Source of the DNA: Acidobacteriota bacterium
Lineage (GTDB): Bacteria > Acidobacteriota > Thermoanaerobaculia > Gp7-AA8
Direction of reading: 5' to 3'
NCBI GenBank assembly: GCA_019244185.1
Contig: JAFATB010000010.1
Span: 32,001-96,000 of the forward strand
Length of the DNA stretch: 64,000 nt
The stretch's first letter is position 1. Each line of letters opens with the position of its first letter. Below, piece after piece: positions 46,810-56,592 of this stretch. Below the pieces are notes generated by a model. That model was not told the origin of the DNA and ran no database searches. It worked only from the letters and a program-made list of their open reading frames with translations. A program made the position numbers and the translations under genes.

Positions 46810-47952
46810 ATGAAGCAGAATGAAGAACGCAGAACGCAGAATGAAGAATTGAGAATGACACCCGCCCGGTCACGCCGTTCCGCCGTTGTCCTTTTCGTCA
46901 TTCTTCATTCTGCGTTCTGCGTTCTTCATTCATCTGCTTCCGATTTCCAGCCCGCCCTCCCCAACTACACCTTCGACTTCCCCACCGACCACGGCGCGCA
47001 CCCTGCCTTTCGCACGGAATGGTGGTACTACACGGGGCATCTGCGGACGGGGAACGGGCATCGCTACGGCTTCGAGCTCACGTTTTTTCGGGTCGGGATT
47101 TCGCGTGCGCCGCGGGAGACGGGCTGGGATCTGCGCGATGTGATGCCGGCGCATTTTGCGATCACGGATGTCGACGGGCGCGCGTTTCGCGCGTACGAGA
47201 AGATGAACCGCGCGTCGGCGTTCACGGCGGATGCGGCGGTGGGAAAGCTCGACGTGTTCAATGAAGGCTGGCGCGCGATTACGAACCCGGATGGCTCGTG
47301 GCGGATCGTGGCGTCGGCGGGACGCGATGCGATCGATCTCACGCTGCGCTCGCGCAAGGCGCCGGCGATTCACGGCGAGAACGGGATCAGCATCAAGGCG
47401 CCGGTCGCGGGCTACGCGTCGCACTACTACTCGATGACGCGGCTCGAGGTCGCGGGCGTCGTGAACGGCGCGCGCTGCACGGGGCAGGCGTGGATGGATC
47501 ACGAGTTCGGCTCGTCGGCGCTGCGCGAGAACCAGCAGGGCTGGGACTGGTTTTCGATCCAGCTCGACAGCGACGCGGAGCTGATGCTGTACATCATCCG
47601 CCGCAAGGACGGCACGCCGGACGTGACGTCGTCGGGATCGCTGATCACCAGCGACGGGCGCGTGATTCCGCTGCGGCGCGAACAGTTGCGCGTCACCGCG
47701 CTGCGGCACTGGACCTCGAAGCGCAGCGGCGCAACGTATCCGATGGGGTGGCGCGTCGAGCTGCCGACGCTCAACGTCGCGCTCGTGCTCACGCCGCTGC
47801 TCGAGTCGCAGGAACTGCTCACCAGCGGCTCGACGCACGTGACGTACTGGGAAGGCGCGGTCGACGTCGCGGGCTCGTTCGACGGCGTGGCCGTGAGCGG
47901 CGAGGGCTACGTCGAGCTGACCGGCTACGACAAGGCGTTCCGCGCTCCGTAG
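46810..47952 (+). CDS. AttH/CrtC-like lipocalin-fold secreted protein
   Basis: FPTDHGAHPAFRTEWWYYTG, YYSMTRL, AWMDHEF, GWDWFSIQL, YWEGAV, GYVELTGY; start 46810 or 46855. Confidence 0.88.
   Translation: MKQNEERRTQNEELRMTPARSRRSAVVLFVILHSAFCVLHSSASDFQPALPNYTFDFPTDHGAHPAFRTEWWYYTGHLRTGNGHRYGFELTFFRVGISRAPRETGWDLRDVMPAHFAITDVDGRAFRAYEKMNRASAFTADAAVGKLDVFNEGWRAITNPDGSWRIVASAGRDAIDLTLRSRKAPAIHGENGISIKAPVAGYASHYYSMTRLEVAGVVNGARCTGQAWMDHEFGSSALRENQQGWDWFSIQLDSDAELMLYIIRRKDGTPDVTSSGSLITSDGRVIPLRREQLRVTALRHWTSKRSGATYPMGWRVELPTLNVALVLTPLLESQELLTSGSTHVTYWEGAVDVAGSFDGVAVSGEGYVELTGYDKAFRAP
46812..46940. repeat. Heptamer-built palindromic element, copy B, inside the 5' end of the AttH-like ORF
   Basis: Arms 46812-46859 and 46897-46940 share a perfect 32-nt inverted core; 46818-46855 is identical over 38 nt to the reverse complement of the copy A right arm. 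Confidence 0.9.
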
Positions 47953-47956
47953 CGCG

Positions 47957-50062
47957 TTACGCGTGCGCGGTGACGCGGCGGATCTCGCGCACGAGCTGTT
48001 CGCGCGCGGACTTTCCCTTCTGCACGAAGCTCGTCACTTTCGTATGCAGCATCTGCCGATCCTCGGCACTCAATTCTTTCGACGTCAGCACGAGGATCGG
48101 GATGTTCGCCGTGAGCGGGTTGTCCTTGAGCGAGTCGGCGACTTCGAAGCCGCTCATGCCCGGCATCATGAGGTCGAGGATGATGACGTCGGGCGACTGC
48201 TCCTGTGCCGCGCGCAGGCCTTCTTCGCCGCTCAGCGCCTTCGCGACGGCGAAGCCGAGCGCGGAGAGCTCCTCGTCGAGCAGCGTATGCACGGACGCGT
48301 CGTCGTCGATGACGAGGAGGCGCGGCTTCGCGCCGTCGCCGCGCGTGGTGATCGCGCGCAGGCGTTCGAGCAGGCGCTCGCGATCGACCGGCTTCACGAA
48401 GTAGTCGTCGGCGCCGAGGGCGATGCCGAGGTCGCGGTTGTCGACCATCGAGATGATCACGACGGGAATCGCGCATGTCGCGGCGTCGCCTTTGAGACGC
48501 TTCAGCACTTCCCAGCCGTCGAGTCCGGGCAGCACGAGGTCGAGCGTGACGGCGGCGGGCTGCGACTCGCGCGCGATGCGCAGCGCCTCGTCGCCATGAT
48601 GCGCGCGGATCGAGAGGAAGCCGGCCGAGCCGAGCGCGGACGCGATGAGCTCGTACGCGTTCGCGTCGTCTTCGACCACGAGCACGCGATCGGTCCGCGT
48701 GGGCGGCAGCACTTCCGGCGCGCGCGTGACGACCGCCGCGCGCGAGCGCACGGGAAGCGCGATCGAGAACGTGCTGCCCGCGCCGAGGCGGCTGTCGACG
48801 CTCGCGCGTCCGCCCTGCAGCTCGACGAACTTCTTCACGAGCGCGAGGCCGAGTCCCGTGCCGCCGAACTCGCGGCGGGCGGTGCCGTCGACCTGGCGGA
48901 ATTCCTCGAAGATCAGCGCGTGGTGTTTCGGGTCGATGCCGATCCCTTCGTCGCGCACGGAGAGCGTGATCCAACCGTCGGCGAATGCCGCGCGGATCGT
49001 GATCGGCTCGTCGGGCGGCGCGAACTTCACGGCGTTCGACAGCAGGTTGAAGAGTACCTGCTTGAACTTCGCGAGATCGGTCTCGATCTGCGGCAGGTCG
49101 GACGGGATGTCGACGACGAAGCGCGGCGTCGCGCGCGCCATGCCGCGCATCACGTGGCAGACGCTCTCGACGACCGGCGCGATGGAGAAGAACTCGGGGT
49201 AGATCTCCATCTTGCCCGCTTCGATCTTCGAGAGGTCGAGGATGTCGTTGATGATGCCGAGGAGGTGTTGTCCCGACGCGTGGATGTGGCGGAGGAAGCC
49301 GAGGTGCTTCGCGTCGATGCGGGTGTCGAGGCGTTCGACGAGGATCTCGGAGAAACCGATGATCGAGTTCATCGGCGTGCGCAGCTCGTGCGACATGTTC
49401 GCGAGGAACTGGCTCTTGAGACGATCGGCTTCCTGGCTGCGGCGGTTCGCGTCCGCGAGCTCGTGCGTGAGGCGCGTCAGCTCCTCGACCTTGCGGCTTT
49501 CTTCGAGCTCGAGCTGGCGGATACGCAGCCGCTTCTCCTGCAGGTTCGCCACGCCGACGAGGAAAAAGTACGAAGCGCCGAAGAGGAAGAGCATGCGCGC
49601 GACGGCGAGCAGCAGCACGTCGTTGACGAACGTGGCTTGTCCCATCGCGAACAGCAGGCCGACGTACGCGCAGGCGTTCACGAGCGACACGGCGTACGCG
49701 GCTTTCTTTCCGACGGCGAACGCGGCCACCGACGACGCGGCCATGTACCAGATGAACCACGGGCTGATGATGCCGCCCGTCGCGTAGACGCCGACCGTGA
49801 CGAAGAAGACGTCGATGGCGAGCCAGAGCGGATTCAGATGCCGGCGGTCGACGCCGCGGCGGAAGAGGATCGACAGCAGGACCGAACTGGCGCACGCGAG
49901 TCCCCACACGAGGAACGCCACTTCGAGCCGCAGCGGAAAGACGCCGAGCGCGCGGCCGGCGAGACTCGTGAGCAGGCCGAGCGTGTAGACGAGGAGGTGA
50001 TTTCGTTGGACCGCGAGGTCGAAACGAAGCACGCTCGAAACGGCGGCCGGGCGATCGGACAT
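47957..50062 (-). CDS. Membrane hybrid histidine kinase with two receiver domains
   Basis: N-terminal TM helices; FLANMSHELRTPMN, NLLSNAVKF, DEGIGI, GGTGLGL; REC domains VTLDLVLPGLDG and IILDLMMPGMSG. Confidence 0.94.
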   Translation of the reverse strand: MSDRPAAVSSVLRFDLAVQRNHLLVYTLGLLTSLAGRALGVFPLRLEVAFLVWGLACASSVLLSILFRRGVDRRHLNPLWLAIDVFFVTVGVYATGGIISPWFIWYMAASSVAAFAVGKKAAYAVSLVNACAYVGLLFAMGQATFVNDVLLLAVARMLFLFGASYFFLVGVANLQEKRLRIRQLELEESRKVEELTRLTHELADANRRSQEADRLKSQFLANMSHELRTPMNSIIGFSEILVERLDTRIDAKHLGFLRHIHASGQHLLGIINDILDLSKIEAGKMEIYPEFFSIAPVVESVCHVMRGMARATPRFVVDIPSDLPQIETDLAKFKQVLFNLLSNAVKFAPPDEPITIRAAFADGWITLSVRDEGIGIDPKHHALIFEEFRQVDGTARREFGGTGLGLALVKKFVELQGGRASVDSRLGAGSTFSIALPVRSRAAVVTRAPEVLPPTRTDRVLVVEDDANAYELIASALGSAGFLSIRAHHGDEALRIARESQPAAVTLDLVLPGLDGWEVLKRLKGDAATCAIPVVIISMVDNRDLGIALGADDYFVKPVDRERLLERLRAITTRGDGAKPRLLVIDDDASVHTLLDEELSALGFAVAKALSGEEGLRAAQEQSPDVIILDLMMPGMSGFEVADSLKDNPLTANIPILVLTSKELSAEDRQMLHTKVTSFVQKGKSAREQLVREIRRVTAHA

Positions 50063-50100
50063 GAGACTGTGCGAGAAATTGTACGGGACGGCGCCGCGCG

Positions 50101-52635
50101 TTACTCGCTCTTGATGGCGCTGGCGATGTGAATGCCGCGCGCGAGCCGCGCGGGAACGAGGCCGGCGACCGCGGACGCGGCGAGCGTGACGCCGAGCGAG
50201 GCAGCGATGAGCGCCGCCGGGGTGTGGAAGTCGATCGTCCAGCCGAACGACTGTTTGTTGATCACGTAGATGAGGATCCACGACAGCGCGTAGCCCATCA
50301 CGAGTCCCGCGGCGATCGACGCGACGCCGAGGAGCGACGACTCGAGGACGATCATCGTGCGCAGCTCGCGCGCGGAGAGGCCGCCGACGCGCAGCAGCGC
50401 GAGCTCGCGGCGGCGTTCCAGGATCAATGCGGAGAGCGTGTTCACGATGCCGAGCACGGCGACGATGATGGCCACGCCGAGGAGCGCGTACGTGATCAGA
50501 AAGGTCTGGTCGAAGATCTTCATCACCTCGCCGCGGATTTCGGCATTGGTGACGACGAAGGCGTGGTAGCGCGGCGCGAAGTCGCGTTCGAGCGCGCGGC
50601 GGGCGGCGGTGCGGTCGGCGCCCGGTTTCAGATAGACGACGATGGTGTTGATGGCGTCGTCGTGAAACGTGCGCACGAACAGCGCGCGGTCCATGACCAC
50701 GACGCCGCGGTCGTTCGAGTAGTCGCGGTAGATGCCGGCGATCGGAAAGTGCGTCGCGCCGAGCACGAAGTCGTCGCCGAGGTTTTTGTCGAACTTCAGC
50801 GCGAAGCTCTCGGAGACGACGACGCCGTGTATGCGGATCGCGTTCGTCAGCGCGGCGCTCGCGGAGCGCGGCGCGATCATCGGAAGATCGCCGAACTTCG
50901 CCGCGACGTCGAAGTCGCCGCTGCCGACGGAGACGATCGTGTCGCGATAGAGCACGTCCTTGCCGCGCACGCGGTCGATCGCGGCGACGAACGGCAGATG
51001 CGCGGCGGCGTCCGCGGCGTTCGCGGGAAAGAGGGCGGTGCCGGCGTTGGTGAGGCCGCGCGCGGGGCGCAGCCAGAGATCGGAGCTGACGGTCTGGTCC
51101 ACCCAGATGCGCACGGTCTCGCGGAAGCTGCCGACCATCAGCGCGACCGCGACCATCATGCCCGTCGCCAGCGCGAGCGCGGCACTGGCGATGGACGTGC
51201 GGCGCAGGGACGCGGGGAGCGACTTGGCGGCGAGCGTGCCGATGAGGCCGAACGCGCGCGCGAGGAGCGGCGCGAGGAGCCGCGACGTGGCGCGCACGAT
51301 GGCCGGCGCGAGCAGCGAGAAGCCGGCCACGACGAGCAGCACCGCGACGTAGCCGGCAACGGCGATGCCGTCGATCGGCGGCAGGCGCGAGACGAGCGCG
51401 CCGGCGACGAAGCAGACGATCGCCAGCGCGACGAGCAGGCGCGGATGCGCCACGCGCTGCTGCAGCCCGGGACGGATCATCGCGTTCGGCGGCACGCGCG
51501 CCGCTTCGAGCGCGGGCTGCAGCGCGGAGAGCAGCGAGAGCAGCATGCCGACCGCGACGCCGATCGCCACGACGCCCGGCGTCAGCGCGATCGCATCGGG
51601 ACGCGAGGTCACATACAGCGTGTTGATCGTGCGTCCCACCGCGGCGAGGATGCCGCTCGCGAGGAGGCTCCCGAGTGCGATCCCGAGCGCGGAGCCGAGC
51701 GCCCCGAAGAGCAGGCCTTCCGCGACGAACGCCGCGAAGATCTGTCGCGGCGCGGCGCCGAGCGTCTTCAGCACGCCGACGTCGCGGCGGCGGCGCAGGA
51801 TCGAGATGAGCACGGTGTTGTAGACGAGGAACATGCCGACGAGCAGCGCCACGCCGGCGAGCGCGAAGAGGTTCACGCGGAACGCGCGCAGCATCTTCTC
51901 GACGCGCTCGTTGCGCCGCGACGGCCGCTCGATGCGCGTGCCCGGCGGCAGCGCGAGGTCGCGCAGCGAGACGCCGTCGGGCACGAGCAGGTCGACGCGC
52001 GAGACCTTGCCCGCGAGACCGAAGTTCCGCTGCGCGACGGCGATGTCACAGATGGCGATGCTGCCGTTGAACGCGGTCGCGGGGCCCTGCGCCTCGAGCA
52101 GTCCGCGCACGACGAGCGTTCTGCGATGGCCGAGCAGATTGAGCGTGACCGGGCTGCCGATGCCGAGCCGATGCTCGCGCGCGAACGGCGCGGGGAGGAT
52201 CAGCGCGTCGGGCGCGAAGAGGCCGAGGTAGTTGCCGAGCGTTTCGTGCTCGTGGCCGGTCTCGATCTTCGCGTATCTGTAATCGCGGAAATGCAGGTCG
52301 CTGAAGAGATCGACGGCGAGCACGCGGATCGGCAGTTCCTCCGGCTCGAGCACGCCTTCGATGTCGATGACCGGCGCGAAGCGCACGCCGCGCGGCCACA
52401 GCGGCTGCAGGCGCAGCAGCACGCGCTCGTCGAGCGGCGCGACGTCGGGCACGAGCTGGTAATTGGCGCGGCCGGCGACGGCGTCGACCGACTCGCGGAA
52501 CGCGCGCAGCGCGCTCTGATTTGCGAGCTGAATCGCGACGACGACCGCGACGCCGACGGCGATGCCGAGGACGGTGAGCGAGGTGCGGATCTTCTCGCGC
52601 GCGATGGGGCGGAGGACGAGCGCGCGCAGGATCAT
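50101..52635 (-). CDS. FtsX/MacB-like ABC transporter permease (duplicated)
   Basis: LTVLGIAVGVAVVVAI, SILRRRRDVGVLKTLGA, ERRRELALLRVGG, INKQSFGWTI. Confidence 0.92.
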   Translation of the reverse strand: MILRALVLRPIAREKIRTSLTVLGIAVGVAVVVAIQLANQSALRAFRESVDAVAGRANYQLVPDVAPLDERVLLRLQPLWPRGVRFAPVIDIEGVLEPEELPIRVLAVDLFSDLHFRDYRYAKIETGHEHETLGNYLGLFAPDALILPAPFAREHRLGIGSPVTLNLLGHRRTLVVRGLLEAQGPATAFNGSIAICDIAVAQRNFGLAGKVSRVDLLVPDGVSLRDLALPPGTRIERPSRRNERVEKMLRAFRVNLFALAGVALLVGMFLVYNTVLISILRRRRDVGVLKTLGAAPRQIFAAFVAEGLLFGALGSALGIALGSLLASGILAAVGRTINTLYVTSRPDAIALTPGVVAIGVAVGMLLSLLSALQPALEAARVPPNAMIRPGLQQRVAHPRLLVALAIVCFVAGALVSRLPPIDGIAVAGYVAVLLVVAGFSLLAPAIVRATSRLLAPLLARAFGLIGTLAAKSLPASLRRTSIASAALALATGMMVAVALMVGSFRETVRIWVDQTVSSDLWLRPARGLTNAGTALFPANAADAAAHLPFVAAIDRVRGKDVLYRDTIVSVGSGDFDVAAKFGDLPMIAPRSASAALTNAIRIHGVVVSESFALKFDKNLGDDFVLGATHFPIAGIYRDYSNDRGVVVMDRALFVRTFHDDAINTIVVYLKPGADRTAARRALERDFAPRYHAFVVTNAEIRGEVMKIFDQTFLITYALLGVAIIVAVLGIVNTLSALILERRRELALLRVGGLSARELRTMIVLESSLLGVASIAAGLVMGYALSWILIYVINKQSFGWTIDFHTPAALIAASLGVTLAASAVAGLVPARLARGIHIASAIKSE

Positions 52636-53306
52636 CGTCGTGCGCGTCCGTCCGCGACTTCGATGATGTAGTCGCCGTACGAGGCCGCGCGCTCGGAGTG
52701 CGTGGCCATCACGATCGTCGGACGCAGCGACGCATGCAGCTCGCGCAGCAGCTCGAGGATGACGAGGCCGTTCTTCGAGTCGAGGTTGCCGGTCGGCTCG
52801 TCGGCGAGGAGCAGCGGCGGGCGGTGCACGATCGCGCGGCCGATGGCGACGCGCTGCATCTCGCCGCCGGAGAGCTCGTTCGGAAAGTGACGCGCGCGTG
52901 GCTCGAGGCCGACGCGCGCGAGCACTTCGCGCACGCGTTCCGCGATCTCGCGTTTCGGGCGGCGCGCGAGCGACAAGGGAAACGCGACATTCTCGAAGAC
53001 GTTGAGCGTCGGGATGAGATTGAAGAACTGGAAGACGAAGCCGATCGACGTGCGGCGCAGCTCCGTGAGCCGTGCCTCGTCGAGCGCGGAGGTTTCGACG
53101 TCGCCGAGAAACACCGCGCCGCGCGTGGGGCGATCGACGGCGCCGATGAGCTGCAGCAGCGTCGACTTGCCGCTGCCCGACGCGCCGACGAGCACCGCGA
53201 AGTCGCCTGACGCGATGTCGAGCGAGACGTCGTCGAGCACGTGCACGGCGCCCGACTCGTCGGACGGCGCGTAGTCGTGGCTGACGGACTCGAGACGGAC
53301 GCGCAT
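52632..53306 (-). CDS. ABC transporter ATP-binding protein (LolD/YbbA-like)
   Basis: [43 protein letters not shown]. Confidence 0.95.
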   Translation of the reverse strand: MRVRLESVSHDYAPSDESGAVHVLDDVSLDIASGDFAVLVGASGSGKSTLLQLIGAVDRPTRGAVFLGDVETSALDEARLTELRRTSIGFVFQFFNLIPTLNVFENVAFPLSLARRPKREIAERVREVLARVGLEPRARHFPNELSGGEMQRVAIGRAIVHRPPLLLADEPTGNLDSKNGLVILELLRELHASLRPTIVMATHSERAASYGDYIIEVADGRARR

Positions 53307-53353
53307 CGCGCCGCGATTGTACGAGCACGCGGCACGAGACTCGGCGTCGGACG

Positions 53354-55387
53354 TTACTTCCGGACCGCGCGGTGCCTCGGGTGCTCCGGCTCGAAGTCGG
53401 TGAGGATCGTCGCGCGGCTGCCGGTGGCGTGTTGGAAGCGCACGCGCAGCAGATCGGCGTAATGCTGCATCGCGCCGATGTCGTCTTCGCTCGGCGGCTG
53501 CGACGGCTCGTAGACGAGCACGAACAGCACGCGGAAGACGTGCGGCGCTTCCGGATACGCGGGCGTGCGCGGGCCCATGCGCTCGATGACGTTCGCGATC
53601 GTCAGATCGTTGCGCGTCGCGCTGAACGTGAAGTCGGGCGGCATCTCGCTCACGTCCATCGGCAGGTCGGTGAGGTAGAAGAACGGCGGCACTTCGTCGG
53701 GGGACGCGAGTCCCATGAGATAGAGCGAGAGCCAGCTGTAGCCGACGTCGGCGTCTTCCGGCTGCGTGGTGAACGTGCCGTCGTGGTTGTCGAAGAAGAC
53801 GCCCGCGCCCATCGGATCGTTGTCGTACGAGGTCGCGTAGTTGAACGCCGCGGGCGAGTTGAGCGTGGGGCTCGGATGGCCGCCGCGGAGCGTGATCGCG
53901 TCCTGCGGTTTGCCGGGAGCGTTCGTGTGTCCCACGTAGAACAGCCAGTGGTGACCGAATTCGTGGAGGAGCAGAAAGGAGGTGTAGAAGTCGGTGGCGT
54001 TCGACGTCTGCAGAATGCGGCCGAGCCCCATCACGGCCGGCGCGCGCGGGAGCTGCGACGACATCGTGGGATCGAACGAGATGCCGTCCGCGCCGGGGTT
54101 GCCGGGATACGTGGCCGGCGATGCGAAGTCGTTGAGGCTGTCCATGCCCTCGTAGACGGCGACGCCGTCGATCGTCGTCGGATCGAGCTGCAGGTCGTCG
54201 CGCAGCCGCGTCCAGACTTTCATCGGATCGAGCGGCGAAAGGACGAACGCGTCCTGGATCGGTCCGGAGAACGACGACACGCTCGGGGTGTTCGCGAAGT
54301 CGGTGCGGATGGAGCGCGAGGGCGCATCGAACGACGCGTGGAACGTCACGGTGTCGTTGCCGGTGTTGCGCGCGAGGATGAGCGTCAGGTCGCCGGAGAA
54401 CGCGGTCTCGAAGCGCTTTGCGTCGAGCAGCAGCACGATGTGATTGCCTTCGATGCGTCCATGCAGTGCCTGTCCCGGCAGGAACGGAATGCTGGCGAGG
54501 AATTCGGTCGACGTGAGGCTGCCGGACAGCAAATCGACGGAAAGTCCCTGCGGCATCTGCGCGAGGTCGATCGCCTGCCGCGTGGTGATGGTCATCTGCA
54601 GGACGTTCGAGTGCGCGACGCGGCCGATCTCCACGCGCGTGATGTCGGTCATGCCCGCGGTGGCCTCCGGTGCGGCGGTGGCGAAGTCGTTCGGAGGGTC
54701 CGTGGCGGAAACGCTCGTCGACACCTGCCGCCACGACTCGTTGCCCGACGAGATGACGACGGCGCCGCCGTGCGTCTGGCCGATGCCGCGATACGAAAAG
54801 CGGATGTTGCCGGACTTGAAGAGCACCGCCTGCACGTCGACGCCGCGCGTCGGCTCGTACCAGGTGAACTGCACGCGGTCGCTCGATTCCTTCGCGTAGA
54901 CCTTCGGCGCGAGGAAGCTACCTTCGCCGCGCGGCGTCGTCAGGAGCGGCGCGATCAGCGGCGTCGTCTGCGCCATGAGGTCCGCGTCGGTGTACTGCAC
55001 GAACGAGCCGCCGGGCAGCGCGGGCGGCGGCGCGAGGTAGATCGCGAACAGCTGCGAGACGTACAGCGTGTGCGTGCTCGTGCCGAAGAACGGGAAGTCG
55101 AACGCGTGGATGGTGTATGTCGTCGAGCGCGTCGCGGAGCTCAGCGTCAGCTGCGCGCCGCGGTCGTCGTCGAACTGCAGCGCGGTGGTGTCGGAGCGGA
55201 AGGACGAGCTGCCCGTCCGCGTGAACGTGATCGTCTTCCCGGCGAGATTGAACGGCCTGCCGTGGGCGGGCGCGATGTCGTCGTCCGCGGGCACGAGGTA
55301 GATCCCACGTTGCAGGCTCACGGCGGCGGAAGCCGCGGGCGCGGCCAGCACGGCGAGCAGCAGGAGTGCGACGCTGAGCGGCTTCAT
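53354..55387 (-). CDS. Secreted zinc metalloprotease-like protein with a nidogen-like N-terminal region
   Basis: Signal peptide MKPLSVALLLLAVLAAPAASA; FDFPFFG..LYVS; LLHEFGHHWL; LYLMGL; ends HPRHRAVRK. Confidence 0.72.
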   Translation of the reverse strand: MKPLSVALLLLAVLAAPAASAAVSLQRGIYLVPADDDIAPAHGRPFNLAGKTITFTRTGSSSFRSDTTALQFDDDRGAQLTLSSATRSTTYTIHAFDFPFFGTSTHTLYVSQLFAIYLAPPPALPGGSFVQYTDADLMAQTTPLIAPLLTTPRGEGSFLAPKVYAKESSDRVQFTWYEPTRGVDVQAVLFKSGNIRFSYRGIGQTHGGAVVISSGNESWRQVSTSVSATDPPNDFATAAPEATAGMTDITRVEIGRVAHSNVLQMTITTRQAIDLAQMPQGLSVDLLSGSLTSTEFLASIPFLPGQALHGRIEGNHIVLLLDAKRFETAFSGDLTLILARNTGNDTVTFHASFDAPSRSIRTDFANTPSVSSFSGPIQDAFVLSPLDPMKVWTRLRDDLQLDPTTIDGVAVYEGMDSLNDFASPATYPGNPGADGISFDPTMSSQLPRAPAVMGLGRILQTSNATDFYTSFLLLHEFGHHWLFYVGHTNAPGKPQDAITLRGGHPSPTLNSPAAFNYATSYDNDPMGAGVFFDNHDGTFTTQPEDADVGYSWLSLYLMGLASPDEVPPFFYLTDLPMDVSEMPPDFTFSATRNDLTIANVIERMGPRTPAYPEAPHVFRVLFVLVYEPSQPPSEDDIGAMQHYADLLRVRFQHATGSRATILTDFEPEHPRHRAVRK

Positions 55388-55452
55388 GCTGCCGAGTCTC
55401 GCGCCGTCCCGCGCCTCCGCGCGCGAACAAATCGTGACAGTGCGGGGCGAGG

Positions 55453-55468
55453 TGGCAACCGTTCTGCA
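55453..55468 (+). promoter_or_regulatory. sigma54 (-24/-12) promoter candidate
   Basis: TGGCAACCGTTCTGCA (GG-N10-GC) upstream of RBS AGGAGG and ATG 55514. Confidence 0.6.
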
Positions 55469-55513
55469 CTCTCCGCACAGTGATATTGTCCGCGTCGAAA
55501 CAGGAGGACCCCA

Positions 55514-55798
55514 ATGGACGAGACCAGCAATCCCACTGGAGCCACTGAAGACGGCGGCGGCACGGGGCGTTTCGGACGGGCGAAGGAATTCGTCGGCTCG
55601 CAGTACGAGGCGGCGTCCGGCGCCGTGCGCGACGGTTACAACAACATGCGCGAGCGGGTCGAAGACGTCGACTTCGGCGCGGTCACGGATCAGGTGCGCA
55701 CCTACGTCCGGTCGAATCCCGGCAAGGCGTTGCTGATCTCCGTGGGCGTCGGATTCCTGATCGGGCTTCTGCTCCGCCGCGACGACGACGAGGAGTAG
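55514..55798 (+). CDS. DUF883/ElaB/YqjD-like tail-anchored small protein
   Basis: YVRSNPGKALLISVGVGFLIGLLLRR C-terminal motif; strong RBS. Confidence 0.82.
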   Translation: MDETSNPTGATEDGGGTGRFGRAKEFVGSQYEAASGAVRDGYNNMRERVEDVDFGAVTDQVRTYVRSNPGKALLISVGVGFLIGLLLRRDDDEE

Positions 55799-55801
55799 CG
55801 T

Positions 55802-56101
55802 ATGCCTAACGGTTTTCCCGGCGGCGACGCGCTGCGCGATCAGGCCGCGGCGCTGGGACAGAAGGTCGTCGAGAACGGCCCGGATGCGATCTTCGACGAG
55901 ATCGAGAACCTGCTGCCGGAAGAGTGGCGCGAGCACGTGCGGACGTTCCCGCTCGTGGCGGTCACGCTCGGCGTCGGCATCGGCCTCTGGCTCGGCATGC
56001 GGAAGAGCGACGAGGTGCTCGCTGCCGGCACGTCGCTGATCTCCGCGGCGGCGATGGCGAACGTCTCGCAGGTCATCGATAAGATGAAGGGCGGCGGCTG
56101 A
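55802..56101 (+). CDS. Small membrane protein, DUF883-like motif
   Basis: HVRTFPLVAVTLGVGIGLWLGMRK; 3 nt after the previous stop. Confidence 0.65.
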   Translation: MPNGFPGGDALRDQAAALGQKVVENGPDAIFDEIENLLPEEWREHVRTFPLVAVTLGVGIGLWLGMRKSDEVLAAGTSLISAAAMANVSQVIDKMKGGG

Positions 56102-56121
56102 CGCGTGGCATAATCGGCGCG

Positions 56122-56592
56122 ATGCCCGCGAAGGCCGCGCCCCGCATCCCGCTCCCGGTCGCCGAAGCCACGTACCACCATCTCGAGTCGCTCGCGGCGG
56201 ACGTGCATCGCACGTATTTTTTCAAGTATCCGCCGCTGCCCGTGCGCTGGGGCCAGCAGATCTCGCGCAAGAAGCGCCGCAGCATCCGCCTCGGCTCCTA
56301 CAATCACCTGACGGCCGAGGTGCGCATCCATCCGATCCTGAACACGCCGCAGGTGCCTGCGTTCTTCATCCAGTCGATCATCTACCACGAGTACCTGCAC
56401 CACGTCCTCGGCGCGCGCCACAACCGCCGCTTCCACCAGTACGAGCGCGCGTTCCGCTACCACCGCGAGTCGCAGGAGTGGATCCGCCGCAATCTGTTCC
56501 TGCTGCTGGGACGCAAGCGCAGCGAGATGCCGAGCCGCCGTCTCGCACCGGCCGCGCCCGTCGCGCAGCCGGTGCAGTTCGCACTCTTCTAG
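56122..56592 (+). CDS. SprT/YgjP-like zinc metalloprotein
   Basis: IRLGSY, IRIHPIL-like segment, IIYHEYLHH..HNRRF. Confidence 0.75.
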   Translation: MPAKAAPRIPLPVAEATYHHLESLAADVHRTYFFKYPPLPVRWGQQISRKKRRSIRLGSYNHLTAEVRIHPILNTPQVPAFFIQSIIYHEYLHHVLGARHNRRFHQYERAFRYHRESQEWIRRNLFLLLGRKRSEMPSRRLAPAAPVAQPVQFALF

